The notes under the pieces: generated by a model | Databases searched by the model: none | Seen by the model: only the letters and a program-made list of their open reading frames with translations | What the model was told of the DNA's origin: nothing | Shown: positions 1 through 12,612 of the stretch, in pieces | Layout of the letters: the number at the start of each line of letters is the position of its first letter | Position numbering within the stretch: the first letter of the stretch is position 1 | Made by a program: the position numbers and the translations under genes | Assembly (NCBI RefSeq): GCF_963506605.1 | Contig: NC_083288.1 | Span: 45,942,001 to 46,006,000 of the forward strand | Reading direction: 5' to 3' | DNA: 64,000 bases | Source: Zootoca vivipara | Taxonomy: Eukaryota

Positions 1-659
1 CTCCCCAAATTAGAAGACACTAGATTCTCTTTCTGCATAGCATCTAGTCAGCATAGGAAAGATCAGCATTATTTCTCAGTAGCTTTAGTTGCTTCAGGAG
101 GGGTGATCTCAGAAGGTGATGCTGGGAGACTGCTTTTCCACACAATCAATGTTGTGAAAACATAATAATGGCCTATATCCCAGTATCACATTGGCCAACA
201 CAGTACCTTTGAGAAGTTCACAATCAAGCCTTGAATGCAAAGACGTTCTCCCCATTAATGATTCCCAGTGCCTGGTATTCAGAGGCATACTGAAATGGAC
301 AGGTGAGGAACCATCAAGTGTCTGTCATCTACCTGACAATTCTAGGGGAAATCATCAGTATTGTGATTTAAACCAATTTCAGAACTCATCATCTGATTAC
401 AAGGTGTTTGAAATTGGTGCTAGTTCAGGAAAGGATAAGAGTGAATAAGCTGAATCTTTTCTGAATCAAGAACTGTCCGAGAACTTCCATCACCCACAAT
501 ATCTGAGGACCCAAGTTTGAAGAACATCATTATCAGGTAGCTTGGGCAGCAAATGACAATGATCATAACAATTAAATCATTTTACATGGGTGTGAGTGAT
601 AGGTGCTCTTTCACTTTCTACTTTACCAGAATAAAACCATTTCATTTGGGAGACATTAC

Positions 660-3484
660 CTGCCAAGGTTGAACACTGTGAAGGTCAAGACTTTCAAACG
701 CCATCACTGCTCTGTACTTGACCCAAGAGGAGTAAGTGGCATGCAAAGCATGTGCTATAGCATAGACGGCATTATAGACACTGTAACTGTGGCCAGTCAT
801 GCCCATTTCAAACACAGACCTGGGAAGGCTTTCCGGTTTCTCATCTCCAGTACATGTTGCATTCAGTATCTCCGACAACACGGAATTTGAAAAAGAACAT
901 TCAAACGCCTGCTCCCAGAAAACTTTGAAAAATCCATCTTCATCTGCAGAGTTGGGTTTTTTGTTCTGGATATATGTTTGGAACCCATTAGGTTCATTTG
1001 AGTGAATTGCGAAAGATATGGCTCCATGGAATAGTTGAAAATTCCATGTCCTTATCATGGATGTTACAGAAAAATCTATCTGAGCTGTCATAATCCATAC
1101 TTTCCCAACAGAAGTGACTTCATTATATTCATGGAAGAATATAGCTACTATGGTGGTCAACCACATGATGGTCATAGTTTCACCATAAGTGACAAAAGCT
1201 GTGGCTTTGCTCTCCATGAAAGGGATGTTAATACTCCACCCCATATCAATCAATTCATCAAAAGAAAGGAAATTGCCTTGGTTTGGGATTCTTTGTATGA
1301 AAGCTGGACAGATTCTATTCTGGGAAAGCAGGGGCTCTAAAGCCTGCAAAAAATGGTCTCCACTGTCATCATCCACAGCAAAGAGCCCAATCCATGTCCA
1401 TCCAAAATGCTGAAGCAAATGGATAATGCCCATATACTGCTGGGATTCACTGGGCACCATGCGGTAAAAGGAAGAGGCATGTTTTGTATGACCCTCTTTC
1501 AGGGCAAAGGATCCATACGCAAGCTGAAAGACCAAAATAAAAATAAAGATTGCTTGTATAGAGCTTGGATATTAAGAAAACCTGAGTGCATTCTTATGTG
1601 ATTGCCTTTTATACCGCATATGTGGAGGTAAAATTCTTCTTTTAATTTCTACCTTTGCTTAAACACAACAGTGTTATCTTCAATGGTTCATTGGGATATT
1701 GCATTTGGAAGAAACGTGGTAACATAATTTAATCTATACACAGTCTCATGATAAAGGGTGTGTGTGTGTGCTAGACTCCCCTTACTCTGTCCCCTCTTTT
1801 TTACCAGTTTTGAGAAGCCATTCCCCAGTTTCCCAGTTTTGAGAAGCAATTCCCCAGTTTACCAGTTTTGAGAAGCCATCCCCTAGTTCTTTAAATATTG
1901 GACAATTATTATTATTATTTTATTATTTTTTTACAGACAGCCTTTCCTTTGTGGCAGGGGTCAGCAAACTTTTTCAGCAGGGGGCCGGTCCACTGTCCCT
2001 CAGACCTTGTGGGGGGCCAGACTATATTTTTTTTTTGGGGGGGGGGAAATGAACGAATTCATATGCCCCACAAATAACCCAGAGATGTATTTTAAATAAA
2101 AGGACACATTCTACTCATGTAAAAACACCAGGCAGGCGCCACAAATAACCCAGAGATGCATTTTAAATAAAAGGACACATTATACTCATGTAAAAACGCA
2201 CTGATTCCCGGACCATCCGGGGGCCGGATTTAGAAGGCAATTGGGCCACATCCGGCCCCCGGGCCTTAGTTTGGAGACCCCTGCTTTGTGGCTTTCATAG
2301 CTCCAGCATCACCCCAGAATTAGAAAACATGAATTACATGTAAGATTAGCCCACCAGTCCACCCCCATTACCTGTGGGATCTTGTAGAGGACTAAGATGT
2401 CTGCCATGTGGAAAGAGATATCAGAGCCAAGTGCCCCAATAATGGCTACTAGGTTCTTCTGGGTGCCACATGTATAGTTGGGAACAAACCGCTGTGATTT
2501 GAAGAGCAAGTCTAGCATAGTACGATAGAACATCTTCTCCTGGTAGTAGCTGTCATAGATGTGGAACCCAAGTGTGACATTGGGCAAAATCTTGGGATTC
2601 TCGTTGATTTCACTGATGGCAAATGCCAAAGCTAGGATGTGTTGGTAGAACTTTGTCACCATGCTGCAAGGAGTCACACGTCCTTTCAAAAATGAGTTAT
2701 TCAGTGTGTGTACAATGGAGTTTTCAGAACTCAGGAATGCTATGACTTCCATAACTTTGCATAAACCGTATCTAAATTTTGAAATGCTCCTATTTAAATA
2801 TAGTATAATAGTCTTTCTGCGTTTTTGAATAGGTGGAGCGGGGGAAGGGAGACAATCACAATGGCAGTGAAAAAGAACTAATTTCAAAGCTGATCAGAAA
2901 TAGAGAGGGAGGACCACAAACAGATAGCAAAATATGTGGTATATTTGTCCCTTCAAAACAGTTTGTCTATTCAGTCTTTTACTAGTTCTCTGCCCCTGAA
3001 GCTAAGGTCTTATCCATGCAAAGCCAGTGCTTTATTATAAAGCAGTGGCAATTCTTTTAAGGCTGGTTGATAATTGACCTCTTAAACTGGGAGGGGTTTT
3101 TAATCATTTTTTTTTCATTAGGGAGGGGGAATTCTTCTAATGCTGCAGTAAATGCATCTCATATGTATTTTTAAAAAAGAAATACCATGTCTTATATCTT
3201 ATAATCCCTCTGCTTCCCAATTCAAATGTTATCAGATGTGGAAGTGGAAGAATTTCTTACATTGGAAGATCAATGCCCAGCTCCTGAGAAGGATATACCT
3301 GGAAGGAAAATTTGGGGGAAATATAAAGGATCTGAGAAGCAATCCCACCAATGAGGAGGTTCCCGGGCTCGTACCACTCATGGGGAACGGGGAGGGAGTC
3401 CATTCCAGGGCACTTCACGGAATGTATTTTGCACCCCGTCAGAGGCAGCAACAGCAACAGCAACAACAACAGGTACTTCACCAT
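660..3484 (-). CDS. V2R gene A, partial: exon1 3484-3261, exon2 2663-2372, exon3 1523-660; exons 4-6 presumably lie left of the window
   Basis: Poly-Leu signal peptide and PVPHEWYEPGNLLIGG (ex1); [33 protein letters not shown]...YKIPQ (ex2); LAYGSF...FWEQAF...[17 protein letters not shown]...QPWQ (ex3). GT-AG junctions; exon sizes 224/292/864 are phase-consistent. Confidence 0.93.
1804..1885. repeat. Short tandem repeat, three ~29-bp units (ccagttttgagaagc...)
   Basis: Directly visible. Confidence 0.85.
1955..2283. mobile_element. Non-autonomous hAT (Charlie-like) element
   Basis: TIR caggggtc/gacccctg, 8-bp TSD ctttgtgg, internal ~60-bp direct repeat. Confidence 0.9.
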
Positions 3485-4264
3485 CTCTGCATAAATGTTG
3501 TTCCCTTGAGCAGAATCTCCTGTGTCCACCTAAAGCCTCGCCACTGGCACCTATCTCAGTTTTAAAAGGAACTAACAATTGATAGCAAAGGAATCTGTCA
3601 CTATACACTGCAAAGAGAAGCACTGAAGACAGGAAGCATACATGGATTTGAAGCCAGAAGTCTCGTATCATGGAAAGTGGAGGAACTTTCACAATTCAAT
3701 GTGTCAAAGCCCTGCCAATCTCTTGTCCCTCATTCCGGCTCTAAATGTCACAACAGGAAGGTTTTATAGACACTTTCTGAATTGGTTACTGGTGCTATTT
3801 CTGGTGCCTTCTGGGAAACAGTCCACTAAACTGATTATTATGATATGGATAATTATAGGGAGATATAATCACCTGCTCTGAGTTCTAGTCCTGGGTGGCA
3901 CCATTAGTAGCTGGTGTGTCTAACTTCTACTCAGGTTCTCCTGAGTTTCAGACAGGGGGCATTTTCAGGCCTATCTGGAGATGCCAGGAATTCAACTTAG
4001 GACTGTCTGCATGCAAAGCAGATGTTATACCACTGAGCTACAGCTCTTTCTGAATTACCACAATGGTGGTATTGCTTTGAGAGGAGCATTGACTGGCTTC
4101 ACGGCTTTTGCACAGCACACACATACATTGTGATTCATGATATACTGACAAGGTGGGCTTCAAACCAGTTTTGTATGATGTATTGATATATCAGCCATCT
4201 TTATATGGGGTTAGGCTTTCTCACGTATTTATTCCCTAATCCTGTAATTCCTTATTTGCTTTTC

Positions 4265-4895
4265 TAATAATAGTAATAGTAATAGTAATAATAATAATAA
4301 TATTTATTTATACCCCACCTTTCCCAGTATAAAAACCGGGCTCAGGGCGACTAACAGCAAATATAAAACATTGATTAAAATGTGACTTTAAAATTCAAAA
4401 ATTCAGGGGTCGAGGATAAAAAAAAAACCCAGTCAATAGACATCAAATGATCACCAGGGCTAACTGGCCAAGTTGGTCCTACTAAGGCCAGCAAGGAGAC
4501 CAGGGGAGAATTTAAATGTGGGGTCCCAGAAAGGGTTTATTCATAGAAGGGGAAAGGGAAAAGGGAATAGAGGACCAGGCTAATTCAAATTGAAGGCCAA
4601 GTGGAATAGCTCTGTCTTACAGGCCCTGCGGAAGGAGATCAAGTCCTGCAGAGCCCTAGTCTCATGGACAGAGCATTCCACCAGGTCTGAGCCGTCACTG
4701 AAAAAGCCCTGGCCCTGGCGGAGGATAGTCTGGCTTCCTTAGGAACCGTGACCTTTAAGCTATTATCATTCATGGACCTTAGGGACCTCTGCGGGACATA
4801 CCAGGACATACCCTTAAGTATGAGGGTCCTAGGCTGCATAGGGCTTTAAAGGTCAAAACCAGCACCTTAAACCTGACCCTATACTCCACTGGGAG
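4265..4895 (-). mobile_element. Degenerate L2-like LINE 3' end
   Basis: RVRFKVLVLTFKAL and ARAFSV...WNAL on the minus strand; (aat)n tail. Confidence 0.75.
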
Positions 4896-5566
4896 TATAC
4901 CCTCTACTTCTTCATTTTTCATTTTTCTTCCCTCTCACCCACCAACACCAGCAAAAAAGAAAAAGGGGAAATGTTTTTTATTATTTTCTGGTGATGGTTA
5001 AATTGTTGGTTCCCCCTGAATAGCTTCCCTCTATATTAAAAAGGAAGGTGGTTGTTGTTATTGTTGTTAAAAGGAGGTTATCTCTTTGATATATTGATAC
5101 AAAGGGAGAGACTGGTGGAATGGGTACTTGGGGGAGGGGGGGGCTTTTGTCTGTCTACTCACAAGCAAGCCCTATTAAATTCAATAGTGCTTTCCCCTGA
5201 GGAAAGGAGAAATTAATTTAGTAGAACACAGTGGAGTTTAATCCTGCAGAGAATTGCTCTTGAGCCTCTGTTGTCAAGACATTAACCTGTTTGCTTCTAC
5301 AGAGCTCCATCTTTATTTCAGACATTATGGTATATTGGTATTTCGCATTGTTAAGCTGGTGAAATATTATGATGTTGAAAAGCAGATATTGCCCAGCTCA
5401 AATTCCTTATATCCCCGCTCTGATACCTTGAGGTCTTCAGGGAAGCCACTATTAGCGGTCCATCAAGCCTTGGATGCAGGATCATGTCCACCAGGATTTA
5501 TCAATATCAACGTATCAGTTTATTTTTTGTTTCTTAAGTATAGAACTTCATCTCTTATAATAATAG

Positions 5567-5700
5567 TTGTTGTTGTTTAGTCGTTTAGTCGTGTCCGACT
5601 CTTCGTGACCCCATGGACCAGAGCATGCCAGGCACTCCTGTCTTGCACTTCCTCCCGCAGTTTGGTCAGACTCATGATCGTAGCTTCGAGAACACTCATC
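5567..5700 (-). mobile_element. RTE/BovB-type LINE 3' end
   Basis: Minus strand reads ...DRSAWHALVHGVTKSRTRLND followed by a (caa)n tail. Confidence 0.85.
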
Positions 5701-6518
5701 AAAGTTTGCATTAATTCCACAGACCCTGCACTTACAGAAGTTAGTTCAGGGGCAGACATCTGCCCAATACCTTCCTTTGTAGCAACAAATGGATTTTGAA
5801 GAAAGCTTATTGCCTCTAATATCTTATTTGACTATAATCAGTAACCACATCAATACCCCCTTGATCCCTGGTACCACCTTTGCAGAGCAGAAGTATATAG
5901 TTTAATAACGTATTTTTAGACAACTCCTAGCATTTTGGAGGGACTTTATTTCATTGATTTTGCTTACCAACTTCCTTTTTACTCTTCTTCTCTTTTATTG
6001 CGGAGTTGAAATCACCCACCACAACAAGAATTTCACTTTTAAATGCTTCTTTGATTTCTGCCTCTCAAGATTTTCCTGAGCATTGTTGTAAGGTGCACAA
6101 TAGCACAAATACTAAATTACATTAGGGGTCCTGAATCACCGCTCATAATGTTTCCCCTTTTGGGATTTCTAGTTTGCTGGACTCAGTGTTCACATTGACA
6201 TACAGAGTGGCATCCTTCTCCAGTGCATCCTTTCCTGTCCTTCCTATAGAAGTCATAATATGACATAATAAGTAAATTTCTATAAATAATGTTATATAAA
6301 TGTATCTCTCCCCCAAATATCTGGACATCCCATAGACATTTGGTTAGCCACTTAGGGAGTAGGATGATGACTAGAATGTTGGTAATATGACCAATTTGAG
6401 ATTTCCTACATTTTTATGAAATAAATTAATGAAATAATGGGTGGGGACGACGAAGATTGATCAGTACCTAAAATGCTTGCCAAACACACATGTCAGTGAA
6501 ACAGAAGGGACACATCCT

Positions 6519-9500
6519 TTAATGTTTTCTTCTTATTAGCTGCTCCCTGCTGTTCAGCTCAGGTCTCAACACAATGATGTAGCATTTGGGGCAAAAGATG
6601 CAGCCCAGTAGCCCAGCACTGGAGGCCAAGATAGAGAAGACTTCCACGGCCACCATGTCTTTTCCTCTGGTGCTCAGGTAAGTAGGAACAAAAGAGGCCC
6701 AAACACTACAAAATGCTAACATGCTGAATGTAATGAACTTGGCTTCATTGAAGCTGTCAGGTAACTTGCGGGCTAAGAATGCTACAACGAAGCTGGTGAT
6801 GGCCAAGAGGCCCATGTAGCCCAAAACTCCATAGAACATGGTGACTGACCCTTCATTACATTGCACAATAATTTCTCCACTTACTAAATGAAAGTCCAAA
6901 TCGGGGAAGGGAGCCGAGGTTGCCAGCCACATAGTACAAATGCTTGCTTGAATAAGGGAGCAGGTTAAAACAATGAAGATGGCCAGTCTTTTCCCCACCC
7001 ACTTCCTCACACTGGAGCCTGGTCTGGTGGCCATGAAAGCTGTAACCACAGTGATGGTTTTGGCCAGGATGCAAGAAACAGCCAATGAGAAAATTATGAC
7101 AAAAGTTGGTTGTTGGAGAAAGCAGGTCACTATACAAGGTTGGCCAAGGAATAACAAAGAAGAGAGGAAGCAGAACAAGAGGCAGAGGAGAAGAGTGTAG
7201 GTGAGGTCCCGATTGTTTGCTTTGACTATGGGTGTGTCCTTGTGCTTAATAAATATCCCTAGCACCACAGCTGTGATGATGGACAAAAAAACAGCAACTG
7301 AAGCTAAACTGATCCCCAGAGGTTCTTTATAAGAGAGAAAGTTTCTAATTTTGGTGATGCAAGCATCTCTGTTTTTGTTTGAATATTGGTCTGCCGGGCA
7401 CTGGAAACAGTCTTCTGTATCTGAAATACAAATAGAAGAGACATTTTAGTGGCAATTCGCCTGAGACATCAAACTGAATAGATTGTGTTTGATTGCAAAA
7501 GAGACATTATAGTGGCAATTCATTTGCCACATCATGCACACTGACATAATTTTAGGAACCTACCTTTCTGGTCTGAAATCTTCCCTTCTGGACATGGAGC
7601 ACAATCATAGCAGCAGAACTTTTTCTCTTCCTTCTTCTTCTTATGATGACCAGTGTGGCAGTGTTCATTACACAAAGAAAGTGGAAGCACCTACGCACAA
7701 ACATGGGAGGGCTTTGAGATTTGGGGTGGGAGATTGTAGATAACTTTTATATGAATCATCCCAAAGCCACATGATTAGCTATGCTTGAGTTCATAGTTTT
7801 ATCATCTATGGAGATAAAATATGAATATGAACAGGGCCGTCTCAAGGATATCTGGCGCCCTGGCACCGTGGTTCAAAAATCCCTCCGGTGCCCCGCCCCC
7901 CACATTCAAAGACCCCTCCGGCACACAAACACAGAGACACACACACACCATGTCACCTTTTTATAGTGGGGAAAGAGGCAGAGTCTCCGGGGCTCACCCT
8001 CAGCGGCCGGCTGCCTCCTGGCAGCCCTCCCGCGTTGCAAGGGTTTGGCGAAGCGTGTGTACATTGTGGTGGGCCTTGGCGCTTCAGCAGCTCCTGCCGC
8101 CATGCCCTGAGGGCCGCTCCAAGCAGGCAGCACTCTGATGGGACAGAGGCTCCGGGCGCCGCTCAGTATGGCGGAGGCGGGCGAGGGCAGCAAGCTGATG
8201 CGGGGAGGTGCCACGTCCGGTCTCCACCACACGGCTGCGCCCCCTGATGGCCCAGAGCCCTGCCGCATTGCGCCACCCAGCCTTACCTTAGGGCTGGCCC
8301 TGAATATGAATGTAGTTCTATAGTCTTTCGTTCTGCAGCCTAGTCGTATTTGTGGGGTTATTTACAAGGTTACATTAGGTAGAACTACGGTAGTACCTTC
8401 GCACATCCTCATTGCCTATTTGCCCAAGAAATCCCCACTATCTCTACCTGATTAAATGTTTTATGCCAGACAATTAGATCTTCATTAATGGTGAAGACTT
8501 CTTCTTCACTGGGATCCACTCTCCCAACTTTCACTCTCTGGAAAGAGTTGTTGTGGAATGTGACCAGGTTCGTAATGTCATATCCACCACTCAATTCCCC
8601 TTTATCATTGAAGGACACCATCACCCCAGCAGAGTTGTTAAATGCAACAGCTTGCAGAAATAAGCCAACCTAGTATAAAGAGAGAGAGAAAAGTTTTCAG
8701 ACTGAACTTAAGTATGTCTTCCAATGGCATAATGAAATGTCCTGTAAGCCCCATGAAGGTCTTTGAATGTATAAGATTCATTACAATAGTCACCTGTTTC
8801 AGCTGTTTCTCACATATGATAATTTAAAATAATAATAAACTGTGAATTGAAATGGTTGTTTTTTATGTAAAGACATTAACTGCCATGGATGCAGTGACTG
8901 AAGGTCATCAACATTACTCAACAATATTGCTCTTTGTATGGATCTAGATGTGTAAATGGCATTATGTGATGAATTGACGCAGTTTTGAAATGTTTATTCC
9001 TACCTGGCTGGCAAAGAGTTAATCCACCTCCAGCCTGACTGACATAGAATTCTGATGGGGGTGGGACTGTTCCCAGTTTAAAAAGAAGGGAGAGTCGGTT
9101 TGGTCAGTTAGGGAGAGGGAGGAGGGTGTGGTGTGATATAGGAAGAAAGTGGAGAGGTCAGGAGACTGTGAATTTAGTTAAGATTTAGGAAAACTTGAAG
9201 TTAAATGTTTGACTGAGTTTTTTTATTGTACAACTGAAACAAAGCGGATAAACGCATGAAACGTTAAAGAAACACTTATGCTTTTAAGACAATAAAACTT
9301 CATCTCTGTTTTGCCAAAAAAGGTTCGTCTTTATTATTCCAGCGAGGTATCAGGACTCACAGCCGTGGGGGCTCAAGAGAGGGCAAAACTCACCTCAGGC
9401 AGGGAGGTGGCAGTTTGTGTCCTGGAGTTACACGGAGGAGGCTTAGTAGGGTAACCTGAGGCGCCAAGAAGTTGCCAGAGTGAAAAGGGCAAACTTTTAC

Positions 9501-12106
9501 AGTGGGGAATCAAACTGAGGGAGACCCTTTACTGTAGGCAAGAGGTTATTCCGTCGGACAGCCTAGAGTTTCTTAAGGTACCGGGCCACGTAAGCTGGAA
9601 GGCTCTCCTTACTAAGAAACCCACAAGTAAAAGGGGTTTATTTTTGAGGTGGCAGGAGAAGAGGGTGGGTGTTTTCCCCTCTGAATTCCTGTACCCCATT
9701 TTTGTAGTAGAGAGTGGGACCCATCGTCACACATGCAAAGCATAAGCTGAAGGATAAACAGCATTGCTGTACTTTGCAATGAGATTATTTTGTTGTGAAG
9801 ACGTTACCTGCCAAGGCTGCAGAGACTGAATTTCAATACTTCTACCATATGCCCTTGGTCTTTGCTTGGATTGGGATGAGTAGAAGGTATGCAGAGCATG
9901 AGCCAAAACATAGACAGCATTATATACACTGTAGCTATGGCCTGTCACGTGCATTTCAAAAATACCCGCAGGAAGACTTTCTAGCCTCTCCTCTCCAGTA
10001 CACATGTCTCCATCCATAATAGACATCCCTGGATCTGGAAATAAACAGTCAAATGCTTGCTCCCAGAAGCCCTTGAAAAAACCATCTGCTTGGGTCCTGG
10101 AAGGCTTGATACTCTGGAGAAATTCTGAAAAGTCTGGAAGCTCTCTTGACTGAATTGTGAAGGAAAGTGCACCTTGGAAAAGCTGGAAATCCCAGTTTCT
10201 CTGAGGGCCAGTAGATGTGAAATCTATCTGGGATGTCATAACCCATACCTTTCCAAATGAACCACTTTCCTTATGCCCATGATCATGAAAAAGATTAACA
10301 ATTCTCAGCCAGGCAATTGTCAAAGATTCTCCATAGCAGATAAGGGTTCTGGCCTTGTTATCCGTGAGAGATACATAAATTCTTTCAATTTTATCCAGTA
10401 TTTCATCTACATTTTCCATAGAAACTTGCTCTGGGATTCTTTTTGTGAAGGCTGAACAGATTCCATGCTTGGAAAACAGTGGCTCCAGGGTCTTCAAGAA
10501 ATGTTCCCCCGTGTTATCATCCACAACAAACAGCCCAACCCATGTCCATCTGAAATACTGAAGTAAACGGATAATGCCAATATATTGATGGCTTTCATTT
10601 GGGACCATGCAGAAAAAGGAAAAGCTCTGCAATGCTTGAATCTCTTCTGCAGCAAATGAACCATAGGTGAGCTAAAAGAGAACATAGGTTTATTGCAGCA
10701 ATAAGATAAGATAATTATTTCTGTGCCCATTTTGCTAGATGTATGTGACTTCATAACACAATATTTATTTAAGAACTTTGTGGGTTCCAAAAGAATGACA
10801 ATTAATTTAATTTTTGAGAAATATAAGCGTTTTCCAACATATTTTTTTCTGCTTTACCTAAGCCTGGCAGAATTAATAAAGATGTTCCATGTTGAGTTCT
10901 CAGGTCATGTGAGCAAACTGAACAGGTTTAGGATCCAGCCAAAGCCCCTGGCTCAGTAGCTAAACCATAGCTGAGATGAGATGAGCAAATTATAGTAGCA
11001 TATCTTCAGCTGATCCAGGATTGGGGACTTAACACTCTCTGAACCTGTCTGAGGCCGGAGTTCCTCTGCATCATATGTCACTCATCCCGGAAGATCTTGC
11101 CACAGGATTGCTCACCCAACTCTGCCCTTTTTTTAAAAAAAATAAGGATTCTTTTAATTTGCATTCTCCCTCATTTTCCAAAACACAGATCCTACCTGTG
11201 GGACCTTGTAGAGGGTTAAGACCTCTGCCATATTGATAGATATGCCAGATGTAAGTCCCCCAATGACGGCTATGAGGTTTTCCTGGATATCACATATGTA
11301 GTTGGGGACAAATCTGTGTGATTTGAAGAGCAGGTCCAAAGTGGTACAATAGGTCATCCTTGCATCATAATAGCTGTCATAGATGCGGAACCCAAGTGTA
11401 GCATTGGGCAAGATCTTTTGATCATCGTTGATCTCCTTAATGGCAAACACCAAGGCCAGGATGTGCTGATAGAACTTTGTCACTATACTGCCAATGGAGT
11501 CGATACATTAATACTTTGATTCACACTTAAGCATTTGATACCACCTTTCCTCAATCCTATTCATTTTTGTTAGAGTAGGCTTATATTTCTTGCTGTTTTC
11601 ATTTTTGAAATCCTGCATCATAGTGAAAATTTCTCCTGATCCAATTTAATTTCCTCTAATGCAATTCTATCATCAATATATTTTGTCTTCTCATTTTTTA
11701 TTTTTATGTCGTGAACTCCCCTGTAATCTTTGAATGAAGGGTAGTATACAGATTTAATTAACAACAACAGCAACAGGTATGTGGGAGTGAAGTTGCTGTT
11801 GGATGGGTATCGCTAGCCACTCCTGCTTCACACAAACATGCAGCCTTGTAAAAGACAAGTTTCTTTCATTTAAATAGTGGGGAATATAAGTACTTACTGT
11901 GGAACCTCAAGTAGCTCCTGAGCAGGATCTTCCTTAAATTGAATTTCTGAGGAATGGTAAAAGATCTGAGAAGCAATCCCACCAATCAGGAGGTCACCTG
12001 GCTGGTACCATTCATGTGGAACAGGGATTGGATCACCTCCAGGGCACTGCATTGTATTGTCTTTGCACACAATGGGTAGCTGAAGCAGTAGCAAAAGCCT
12101 CTGCAT
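6519..12106 (-). CDS. V2R gene B, complete, ~871 aa: exons 12106-11898, 11487-11196, 10671-9808, 8669-8448, 7690-7564, 7420-6519
   Basis: Venus-flytrap exons 1-4, Cys-rich exon 5 (CNEHC...[12 protein letters not shown]), 7TM exon 6 ([25 protein letters not shown]). Exons sum to 2616 nt in one frame. Confidence 0.95.
7832..8302. mobile_element. Non-autonomous hAT element, GC-rich
   Basis: TIR cagggcc/ggccctg and 8-bp TSD aatatgaa. A related end fragment lies near 15770-15805. Confidence 0.9.
8965..9731 (+). mobile_element. Probable solo LTR in gene B intron 3
   Basis: tgtgatg...cgtcaca inverted termini and internal AATAAA at 9291. No clean TSD. Confidence 0.5.
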
Positions 12107-12612
12107 AGTTGCAATAAATCTCCTCCTAGGGTGCAGATTCCTTGGTGTTCATATACACCAACTGCCTGACTTTGACTATGTTAAATGTTGCCTCACTCTC
12201 ACAATTCACTTCCTAAGGTGAAACATATCACCTTTGCTTTTAGCATAAGCATAGTTTGAATATATTTTTAAAATAGACAATCCTCCTTTTTTGTTTAATG
12301 CTTGTTATCAATGTGAAAAAGTGGAGTTATGTGTAATCATTATCACAGACTGCCTTCTCACCCCACCCCAACTTCATTTCCCTAATACTTTTTCCAAGCT
12401 GTTTATATACTGTTTTCTAGTGTCTTTGTGAAGGCCTTTTGATATTTGGGTGACTGAACCAATTATTTTGAATTGGATAATTGCAGACGGAGATAATTAC
12501 TCCTTCAGACTTTAGATTCTGAAGTAACTGAAAATAAGTTGCCTTGTTTTTGTAGGAGAGAAAACTTCAGATTTCCCTGAAGATCAAAGCCCTGCAAGAA
12601 AATCAGGACCTG

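Noticed and set aside
3152-3565. Plus-strand poly-Q ORF
   Set aside because: Antisense shadow of gene A's poly-Leu signal peptide.
7821-8323. Several overlapping GC-rich ORFs
   Set aside because: All lie in a non-autonomous hAT element; high GC content lowers stop frequency and no domain is recognisable.
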